NCBI RefSeq assembly: GCF_000341395.1
Contig: NC_020304.1
Coordinates: 1,650,001 to 1,682,000, forward strand
Origin: Desulfocapsa sulfexigens DSM 10523
Lineage (GTDB): Bacteria; Desulfobacterota; Desulfobulbia; Desulfobulbales; Desulfocapsaceae
Length of the DNA: 32,000 nucleotides
Direction: 5' to 3'
Part shown: in pieces, positions 1 through 7,342 of the stretch
How positions within the stretch are numbered: the stretch's first letter is position 1
Layout of the letters: each line of letters starts with the position of its first letter
Translations under genes and position numbers: made by a program
Notes under the pieces: generated by a model
What the model was told of the DNA's origin: nothing
Databases searched by the model: none
The model's input: the letters and a program-made list of their open reading frames with translations, nothing else

Positions 1-672
1 AAACTTGCTCGGACTCATATCGTGTAACCACCTTACATACATTTCACTCTGTCGATAAAACATATGTGTTTTTAAGCCAAAGCTGCTTGCTGTTTTCCTG
101 AATATAAGGGCACCAGAACCATTTGGTTTGATGGTCTTTCCTTGGTATATAGCTTCAGCTGCTTCTTGCTCAGTAACCTTTTCGGCTCCACCCCCATTTG
201 ACACATAGACTGCCAAACCTTCTTTGAACCACACTGGTAATTTGGTTTGATAATTCCAACGACCAATATCCTGGGTGTGCTGTAAGTGTGACAGCTCATG
301 CGTGAGTATCCCTGGAATTCTATTTTTTTGTTTTAATAACTTTGGAGAAGCAAACAGCCTATCTCCAATAACGCAGCTAGATGGATATTTTGAAGCACAA
401 TAAGAAGAAAAGCTGTCAATAGATTTTGTTACGTAGATTACTACAGGTTTTTCGAATGCTCCTTGCTTGTTTTCAATAGTTTGTACGGCTGCCTCCAAGT
501 ATGGAGCTATTTCTTCAGCATATTTTATAGAACCATCTTCATACTTTATCCGGGAATCTTGTTTCAAACTCTGAAACCCGTCTGTTGATTTTGTCATTGC
601 GAGCACAGTGCTAAACGTTGTGCACCCATTTAACGCCAATAGACAAAAAATGATTATAGATATATAGCGCAT
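1..672 (-). CDS. Putative secreted zinc-metallopeptidase lipoprotein (HExxH); 3' end cut by the window edge
   Basis: My own minus-strand translation from the ATG at 672 stays open to base 1 (224 codons, no stop). That is why it is absent from the ORF track. The N-terminus MRYISIIIFCLLALNGC is a signal peptide plus lipobox Cys. HELSH (codons 125-129, nt 286-300) is followed 22 aa later by WFKEGLAVY, a gluzincin / peptidase-MA-like third-ligand Glu context. The track ORF 72..299(-) is an out-of-frame shadow of this gene. Confidence 0.65.
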   Translation of the reverse strand, partial: MRYISIIIFCLLALNGCTTFSTVLAMTKSTDGFQSLKQDSRIKYEDGSIKYAEEIAPYLEAAVQTIENKQGAFEKPVVIYVTKSIDSFSSYCASKYPSSCVIGDRLFASPKLLKQKNRIPGILTHELSHLQHTQDIGRWNYQTKLPVWFKEGLAVYVSNGGGAEKVTEQEAAEAIYQGKTIKPNGSGALIFRKTASSFGLKTHMFYRQSEMYVRWLHDMSPSKF

Positions 673-1389
673 GGGCACTCCTATCAAACATAACGACCCA
701 ACTCAGGCGACCGCTGCCGCAAGGCGATGCCAGGAGTGGTGCGGTGGCCGGTCGAACTGAAGCTCCGTATTATGCATTTCCTGAAATAACTGTTGTACTA
801 AAACCTTCATCAGAGGTGGGGGCAACAAAATACTTTGTAACCTGCTCAAACATCTCTGGCGTATCAGTTGCCGCCCTCTCGGGCTGTTCAGCGCGCCTTT
901 TAGCGATCCGCACTATGCAGGCATCGTTTGACAAATCAATGTAGATTTTCCTCAGTCTCTTTGCATAGCAGTGTTAAATAAATGGATAGTGTCCATGATA
1001 TTACCTTATGTCTGGTCACTTTTTCCACTTATTTTCGTACTGTGCTAGAGTATGTGAAAAACATCACCCATTTATTTCCTTTTACTTATATTTTCTACCA
1101 TATCAAATAGTAAGGCAACTAGATGGAAAGACAATGCCTGTCAACAACAGATTGCTTTAGAAGCTGTGAATATGTATCACATATATAGTGGAGGGTCCGG
1201 CGGTGAGGTTAATAAGTACCGTGATATAAGTTTGTTGGATGACTTTATGGTGATCCTGTCAAGGTGTGAGTATTTAGCCGGTAGTTCCCCGTTGACTCAA
1301 ATAACAACTTTAATTGATCATAGCAGAACTCTGTAGTAGTGTTTTGTCGATAGAGGTTCTTAGATGATTAGCAAGAGTGGGAGTTTTGA

Positions 1390-2406
1390 ATGGAATACAG
1401 ATATATCGGTCAAAGTGGCCTTCGGGTAAGTCCTGTTTGTCTTGGAACTATGACCTTTGGCTCCATGTGTGATAAAAAGACATCCTTTGCTATTATGGAT
1501 AAGGCTTATGATGCCGGGATTAATTTTTTAGATACTGCCGAGGTTTATCCGGTACCACCAAGGGCAAATACTATTGGTATAACGGAAGAAATTGTCGGTG
1601 AGTGGCTGCAGGGAAAAAACAGGGATTCCTTGATTATCGCGACAAAGGTTGCCGGTGCCGCTTCTGGCTGGTTTGTGCCGCCGGTACGTTCAGGGCTCAC
1701 TGCCATTGACGCCCACCATATCATAAAGGGTGTTGAAGGAAGTCTTCGTCGTTTGAAATGTGATTATATCGACCTGTATCAAATGCACTGGCCTGATTCC
1801 GTTGTCCCACGAGAAGAGTCTATGGAGGCTTTTGACAGTCTTGTTCGATCGGGAATGGTTCGTTATCTCGGGACATCCAATGATACCGCTTACGGAACAA
1901 CTAAATCCAATATGATTGCAAAATATCAGGGGTATAAGCGTTTTGAATCTATTCAAAATAACTTTTCACTCCTGAATCGCAGATTCCTTGATGAGATGGT
2001 CGAGATGTGCAGGCGGGAAAAAATTTCTCTGCTTCCCTATTCACCCATGGCCGGGGGAGTACTGACAGGAAAATATAACACAAGGCAGGAGGTTGCCGGG
2101 CGTTTTAGCGGTTATGCCAGGGATAATGATTCGAGAATACAGGCAATGGTCAGTCGTTTTGTGAATGAAAAAACACTTGCCTCCACCGCACGTTATATGG
2201 ATATTGCAGCCGATGCCGGTATCTCTTCCGCAACACTTGCCGTTGCCTGGAGCAAACAGTTTGATTTTGTGGCCTCAACGATTGTCGGGGCAACAACACC
2301 TGCGCAGCTGGATGACTCAATAGCTGCAATTGATTTTGAATTATCAGAAGATGTACTTTGCCAATGTGACGCTGTGCATAATGAGATTTTATATCCCATG
2401 GGCTAA
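1390..2406 (+). CDS. Aldo/keto reductase family oxidoreductase
   Basis: 338-aa ORF. The opening MEYRYIGQSGLRVSPVCLGTMTFG is the classic AKR (Tas/YajO-like) N-terminus. A GGGAG Shine-Dalgarno lies about 6 nt upstream of the ATG. Confidence 0.9.
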   Translation: MEYRYIGQSGLRVSPVCLGTMTFGSMCDKKTSFAIMDKAYDAGINFLDTAEVYPVPPRANTIGITEEIVGEWLQGKNRDSLIIATKVAGAASGWFVPPVRSGLTAIDAHHIIKGVEGSLRRLKCDYIDLYQMHWPDSVVPREESMEAFDSLVRSGMVRYLGTSNDTAYGTTKSNMIAKYQGYKRFESIQNNFSLLNRRFLDEMVEMCRREKISLLPYSPMAGGVLTGKYNTRQEVAGRFSGYARDNDSRIQAMVSRFVNEKTLASTARYMDIAADAGISSATLAVAWSKQFDFVASTIVGATTPAQLDDSIAAIDFELSEDVLCQCDAVHNEILYPMG

Positions 2407-2424
2407 CCCCGAAACGGAAAGAAA

Positions 2425-3657
2425 GTGACTTATCTTCGCAGCGTGCATTATGGTTGGATTGTTGTTCTGACCGGAGTCTTGACCATCGTCGCAGTTCTGG
2501 GACTTGGTCGTTTTTCCCTGGGGATGCTTCTTCCCTCCATGGGGAGTGATCTTGGTCTTGGTTACAGCAAGATGGGGTTTATCGGGACGGGGAATTTCTT
2601 TGGTTATCTGCTCGGCGTGCTCATGAGCAGCAGGCTTGTAAAGCGTTTTGACTACAGGTCTGTGATCAGCAGCGGAATATTCCTGGTGGGTGTCTCGATG
2701 GTTCTTGTGGGCAGGGCAAATGGATTCTGGCCGGTACTGATTGCTTTCTTTTTCACTGGTATCGGGAGTGGAATTGCCAACGTTCCTGTCATGGGGCTTG
2801 TTTCCCAGTGGTTTGGCTCGACCCTTCGTGGTCGCGCTGCAGGAATTATGGTGTCTGGGATCGGTTTGGGAATCATGATCACCGGCGTGTTGATCCCTGC
2901 CATTAATGGATGGGCCGGGCCGGGACAGGGATGGCGGACAAATTGGATGGTTCTGGGTGCAGTGGTACTCACAATCGCAGTTCTGTGCTCTTTGTTGATT
3001 CGAAACAGGCCTGGGGATTTAGGGTTGCAACTTGTTGAAAGAGTGGAAAAAAAATGTCGTGAAAAACAACAGAAGCCTCTCGTTGCAAAACCGTTTGATG
3101 CGGGAAAACGCACCCTGTTTCATCTCGGTGGAATCTATTTTTTCTTTGGTTTCACTGTTGTTATCTATGTGACCTTTGTCATCACCAGTTTGATCAATGA
3201 ATACGGGTTCAGCGAGGCCGTTGCCGGAAGGTTCTGGGTGTGGTTTGGTCTTTTAGGGACACTGTCAGGACCGATTTTCGGCTCTCTTTCCGATCGTTTC
3301 GGCAGGCCTCGGACTCTTGCCTTAGTTTACAGTCTCCAGGGGCTGTCCTTTCTGCTTCTTGCGTTGAATCCGCTTCCCGGGAGTGTCTACGCTTCCATCG
3401 GTCTTTTTGCCCTCTGTGCCTGGAGTGTTCCTTCAATTATGGCTGCAGCTATTGGGGATTATCTGGGGCCTTTAAAGGCTGCCGCCGGATTTGCCACCCT
3501 GACACTGTTTTTTAGTGTCGGACAGATTACTGGTCCCGCTCTTGCCGGGATTATGGCTGAAAACAGTGGGAATTTTTCCAGTGCCTACCTTTTGGCGGGA
3601 GGACTTATGGCTGTTGGGGCATTGAGCAGTGTCTTTCTGCCAAAGATGAGGCTGTAG
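2425..3657 (+). CDS. MFS transporter (YbfB/YjiJ-like by eye)
   Basis: 410-aa ORF with about 12 hydrophobic segments. The GTG start lies 18 nt after the AKR stop and is preceded by GGAAAG, so it is probably co-transcribed with the reductase. Confidence 0.8.
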   Translation: MTYLRSVHYGWIVVLTGVLTIVAVLGLGRFSLGMLLPSMGSDLGLGYSKMGFIGTGNFFGYLLGVLMSSRLVKRFDYRSVISSGIFLVGVSMVLVGRANGFWPVLIAFFFTGIGSGIANVPVMGLVSQWFGSTLRGRAAGIMVSGIGLGIMITGVLIPAINGWAGPGQGWRTNWMVLGAVVLTIAVLCSLLIRNRPGDLGLQLVERVEKKCREKQQKPLVAKPFDAGKRTLFHLGGIYFFFGFTVVIYVTFVITSLINEYGFSEAVAGRFWVWFGLLGTLSGPIFGSLSDRFGRPRTLALVYSLQGLSFLLLALNPLPGSVYASIGLFALCAWSVPSIMAAAIGDYLGPLKAAAGFATLTLFFSVGQITGPALAGIMAENSGNFSSAYLLAGGLMAVGALSSVFLPKMRL

Positions 3658-3676
3658 TCTGCTCCCTAAAAAGGTA

Positions 3677-4576
3677 CTAGTCGTCTTCGGTATAGATCCC
3701 AGCCTCATTGAAGACCCGTGCCATGAGGAAATATGCTCGTGGGTTCATGTAGCTAAGCCTGACGTAGGTCTTGAGCTTTTTCATGGTGGCGGCATGGGTT
3801 TTAGCGGTGTCTATAGCGTTTTCCGGGCCACATTTGTCAAGGCTCAAATGATAGAGGTAGGCCGCCTTAACGATGCCGATGAGGAGCCGTGGCTCGGGAG
3901 TTATCTTTTCAAAGGATGATTTAAAACGGACAATATTTATAACCGTTGCTTCGTAGCCCAAAGTGCTGAGATACTGACATCCTTTGTCGATATGAGTTGC
4001 ATCTTCGTGCGGCGACGATATCTGAGTCCGACCAATATTGATCAAAAGAGCTCCCTTGCAAATTGTAGTAATATCCTGCGAGGTAACATCACTTCTCAGT
4101 GCGAGAATGGTGGCAAGGGAACATATGTCGAGGGATTGTTCCAGTATCTCCCTGTTCGAGTCGTTGAGTTTTTTTACATTCAACAAGGTGAGGTGGTCAT
4201 CATAGATACCTCCAAGACATTTCAGGAAGCTCTTACGTAATGGATTACCGCAGAAAATTCCGCTTAAAAATCTGGAGTCATTGAGTTTCTCCTTGAATTG
4301 ATGAATAAGAGAGTCGAGAACTTTTTTGGCTGGTTCTATCAGTTCAGTCTGGATGATTCGTTCGGCTGCAGGACTGATCCTGCCGACTTCAAAAAAATCA
4401 TGGTTTCGTTGAAGAAATGCTATATCTATACTGTCACTATTACGGGATGGAATGAGTTTGCCAGTCCTGTTCTCAAGCTTAAAATACTGAGTGACAGGTA
4501 TGTTGTCTCGTAGGAAATCTATTGGTAAGATAGAGCCTGTGGTAATTGCTGAAGTGCTGCAGATACTGGCAGGCAT
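3677..4576 (-). CDS. Hypothetical protein, possible degenerate HD/HD-GYP-like domain (last gene of the PilT cluster)
   Basis: 299-aa ORF on the same strand as, and downstream of, the two pilT genes. The segment QSLDICSLATILAL...KGALLINIGRTQISSPHEDATHIDKGCQYL resembles the HD-domain layout (H-x-n-LLHDIGK-x-n-H), but Q replaces the first His and IN replaces HD. This is a by-eye resemblance only. Confidence 0.55.
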   Translation of the reverse strand: MPASICSTSAITTGSILPIDFLRDNIPVTQYFKLENRTGKLIPSRNSDSIDIAFLQRNHDFFEVGRISPAAERIIQTELIEPAKKVLDSLIHQFKEKLNDSRFLSGIFCGNPLRKSFLKCLGGIYDDHLTLLNVKKLNDSNREILEQSLDICSLATILALRSDVTSQDITTICKGALLINIGRTQISSPHEDATHIDKGCQYLSTLGYEATVINIVRFKSSFEKITPEPRLLIGIVKAAYLYHLSLDKCGPENAIDTAKTHAATMKKLKTYVRLSYMNPRAYFLMARVFNEAGIYTEDD

Positions 4577-4713
4577 AGCGGGATTTTCCTTTCGTGAGTC
4601 GGTGAAAATGAAATTATATTAGAAAATTAAAGATGTACTAGTATTTACTGACACTATAGGAAAAAGATATTTTTTACAAGAGGTTGGGTGAAATTATTTG
4701 TCCAATGCCTAAC

Positions 4714-5766
4714 TTATTCATGCTCGTTGAACAGGTTTTTATTTATAGCTTTCTCTCTTGCTGCTTCCCGGGATATTTGTTTGGTGTCCACCAGTTCCCG
4801 CAGGTGGCTGTCCATGGTCTGCATTCCCAGGGATTTACCTGTCTGAATCAGTGAGTCTATCTGGGTGATTTTTCCTTCTCTGATAATGGATGCCAGAGCT
4901 GATGAGCCGATTAAGACTTCAATTGCGGCGCACCTTCCCTTTCCATCGCGGGTTTTTAATAACTGCTGAGCAATAACTGCCTTGAGTGACTCAGAAAGCA
5001 TGGTTCTGGTCTGAGCCTGTTGCTCTGCGGGAAAGGCATTGATGATTCTATCAATCGTTTTTGCCGCACTGTTGGTGTGCAGTGTCCCAAAAACCAGGAT
5101 ACCGAGTTCGGCACAGGTCAGGGCCAGGGATATGGTCTCAAGATCTCGCATTTCGCCCACCAGAATGACATCGGGATCTTCTCTGTTTGCGACCATCAAA
5201 GCCGTGCCGAAGGTCTCTGCATGGGTACCGATCTCTCTTTGGGAAAAGATACATTTTTTGTTGGGATGGACAAACTCCAGGGGGTCTTCTATGGTGATGA
5301 TATGCTTTGGATAGGTATCGTTAATCAAATCGATAATTGCCGCCATGGTTGTTGACTTTCCGCTGCCGGTAGGTCCGGTTACCAGAACCAGGCCTCTCTC
5401 GTAAGAGGCTATTTTTTTGACTACATCTGGCATGCCGAGCTGATCGAGAGTGAGAATTTTGGTGGGAATAATCCGAAAGACTGCGCCGGGACCTCGATGC
5501 TGATATAAAAAATTACAACGAAATCGTCCCACACCCTCAAGTTCATAGGCCTTATCAAAATCTCTGTTTTTGTTAAAGGTTTCCTGTTGTCCTGGATCAA
5601 GTACTTCAAAGAGGATATCCTTGGCGGATTCTGCTGTGAGGGGAGGGGCATCGAGAGGGATAAGGTCTCCGCGAAGACGCAGCAGAGGTGGAAAACCGAC
5701 CACCATATGCAAGTCACTTGCACCATGTTTCTTCATCTGTTTGAAAAAAGTATCTATCTGAGCCAT
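4714..5766 (-). CDS. pilT: Type IV pilus retraction ATPase PilT (near-canonical paralog)
   Basis: 350 aa. Motifs: Walker A GPTGSGKST, Asp box IEDPLEFVH, Walker B DPDVILVGEMRD, His box ELGILVFGTLHT, and the PilT-type C-terminal motif ALASIIREGK. Confidence 0.93.
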   Translation of the reverse strand: MAQIDTFFKQMKKHGASDLHMVVGFPPLLRLRGDLIPLDAPPLTAESAKDILFEVLDPGQQETFNKNRDFDKAYELEGVGRFRCNFLYQHRGPGAVFRIIPTKILTLDQLGMPDVVKKIASYERGLVLVTGPTGSGKSTTMAAIIDLINDTYPKHIITIEDPLEFVHPNKKCIFSQREIGTHAETFGTALMVANREDPDVILVGEMRDLETISLALTCAELGILVFGTLHTNSAAKTIDRIINAFPAEQQAQTRTMLSESLKAVIAQQLLKTRDGKGRCAAIEVLIGSSALASIIREGKITQIDSLIQTGKSLGMQTMDSHLRELVDTKQISREAAREKAINKNLFNEHE

Positions 5767-5838
5767 GAGTATCCTTTTACCGTTCGTAAAACTATGATCT
5801 GTTTTCCATGAGGGCGGGTTCTGATAATATCACTGCCA

Positions 5839-6933
5839 CTACTCCTGGTCATTTTCTTCCAGCTCGAGCTCCGGTTCTTGAGTCATAAAGCGTTTGAGCA
5901 TACTTTTCTTGTCAATGTTGGCCAGTGCCGCGTCCATTGAAATCTTTCCCGATTGGAGAAGCTCCACTATGGACTCATCCATCAGACGCATGCCGAGGTT
6001 TTTCCCCATCTGCATGGTGGAGTGAATCTGATAGGTTTTGTTGTCACGGATAAGATTGGCAACGGATAAATTTCCTATCAATATTTCAAGGGCGAGCTGC
6101 ATGGCATTCCCGTTTGAAGCAGGAATGAGACGCTGGGTGATGACGGCCTTGAGCGACTCGCTAAGCATGGCACGGATCTGGTTCTGTTCTCCGGAAGGAT
6201 AGGAATCAATAATCCTGTCAATGGTTTTAGCGGCGTTTGAAGTGGAAAGGGTACCGATGACAAGGTGTCCTGTTTCCGAAGCTGAAATAGCCAGGGAGAT
6301 GGTATCAAGATCCCTTAGTTCACCGATAACAATAACATCCGGATCCTGACGCAGAGCACCTTTGAGGGCATTTTTGTAGGAAAGGGTGTTGCTTCCGAGT
6401 TGTCGTTGATTGACGACTCCTTTTTTGAAGGGATGAATAAACTCAATGGGGTCTTCAACGGTTAGGATATGGTGGGCACGCCTTGAGTTGATATAGTCCA
6501 CCATTGCCGCAAGGGTAGTAGTTTTTCCATGTCCCGTTGCTCCCGTCACCAGTATTATCCCCTGGTGATTTTCAAGGGCCGCAGCAACCACATCGGGGAG
6601 CCCGAGCGTGGCAAGTGTCGGTATCTGTGGGGGGATAATGCGGAATACGCCACTGACTCCATTGTTATGCAGCATAGCGCTTCCCCGGAATCGTCCCACC
6701 CCTTCAAGCTCATAGGCAAAGTCAAGTTGCTGTTTTCTAGATAAAATGCCGCATTGGGTAGGACTCAGTAATTCTTCAACCAGACGTATGGTGTTTTCAG
6801 GAGTGAGGGTCTTGCTCTTCAGGCGCACCAGTTTGCCCATATGACGAACCATAAACGGTTCTCCGGGGATAACATGTACGTCCGAGGCATGCATTTCTGT
6901 GGCCCCTTTGAAAACTTTATCCAGTAATGCCAT
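5839..6933 (-). CDS. PilT-family ATPase paralog with variant Walker A and His box
   Basis: 364 aa and collinear with the neighbouring PilT. Walker A reads GATGHGKTT (nt 6520-6543). Walker B is DPDVIVIGELRD. The His box reads ETGHLVIGTLST, with codon TCC = Ser at nt 6244-6246 where PilT normally has His. The C-terminal tail is acidic (EPELELEENDQE). Confidence 0.9.
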   Translation of the reverse strand: MALLDKVFKGATEMHASDVHVIPGEPFMVRHMGKLVRLKSKTLTPENTIRLVEELLSPTQCGILSRKQQLDFAYELEGVGRFRGSAMLHNNGVSGVFRIIPPQIPTLATLGLPDVVAAALENHQGIILVTGATGHGKTTTLAAMVDYINSRRAHHILTVEDPIEFIHPFKKGVVNQRQLGSNTLSYKNALKGALRQDPDVIVIGELRDLDTISLAISASETGHLVIGTLSTSNAAKTIDRIIDSYPSGEQNQIRAMLSESLKAVITQRLIPASNGNAMQLALEILIGNLSVANLIRDNKTYQIHSTMQMGKNLGMRLMDESIVELLQSGKISMDAALANIDKKSMLKRFMTQEPELELEENDQE

Positions 6934-6962
6934 GGGGTGTCTCCCGGTAAGTTGGTTAGCTC

Positions 6963-7199
6963 CTAAAGCAGTTTTTCGGCAGGAAGGATAATCTCGATAT
7001 TACTGATAAGGAGGTTGATAAATTCTCCCCGAAGGATCTCTTGTTTGGCGTGATCGGTAACCGTGGCATTGGTGACAACCATAAACTTATTGGTCTCATT
7101 CATGAAGTCTGTTAACCTCGCGCCTGGTACGAGATCGATTGCTCCTTCAATGCGAAAATCTTTGGTGAGAATAATGACCTGCGTCTTGGGAGTAGACAT
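6963..7199 (-). CDS. Small hypothetical protein (78 aa), first gene of the PilT cluster
   Basis: The track ORF 6963..7331 has an internal ATG at 7199 preceded by AGAGGAAG about 5 nt upstream. Using it removes the overlap with the divergent U32 gene. Product: MSTPKTQVIILTKDFRIEGAIDLVPGARLTDFMNETNKFMVVTNATV..., beta-rich, with no motif I recognise. It ends 29 nt before pilT-like 5839..6933. Confidence 0.6.
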   Translation of the reverse strand: MSTPKTQVIILTKDFRIEGAIDLVPGARLTDFMNETNKFMVVTNATVTDHAKQEILRGEFINLLISNIEIILPAEKLL

Positions 7200-7277
7200 G
7201 ATTCTTCCTCTTGCAGTTAGTGTTCTTTCTTCACTCCGGTTATCGCAGTGAAAGACGTTTGGGGAAATACTCCTATG

Positions 7278-7306
7278 AGTATCTGTCACAACGATAGAGA
7301 TGTCAA
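7278..7306 (-). promoter_or_regulatory. Candidate sigma70 promoter for the small-protein/PilT cluster
   Basis: On the minus strand: TTGACA (7301-7306), a 17-nt spacer, then GATACT (7278-7283). This sits about 70 nt upstream of the ATG at 7199. It is a pattern match only. Confidence 0.3.
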
Positions 7307-7342
7307 TAAATCCATTTTTTATTGGTGGCAAAATATACAGGT

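Noticed and set aside
72-299. 75-aa minus-strand ORF from the track
   Set aside because: It is out of frame with, and wholly inside, the longer open frame 1..672(-), which has a lipoprotein signal and an HExxH motif. It is a shadow ORF.
744-944. 66-aa plus-strand ORF (GTG start)
   Set aside because: It has no SD, no recognisable motif and an Ala/Ser/Val-biased composition. It overlaps the opposite-strand open frame discussed in the findings, so I do not support it as a gene.
6963-7331. Full 122-aa version of the small minus-strand ORF
   Set aside because: The upstream 44 codons have no SD and would overlap the divergent U32 gene's start region. The internal ATG at 7199 has a strong AGAGGAAG SD.
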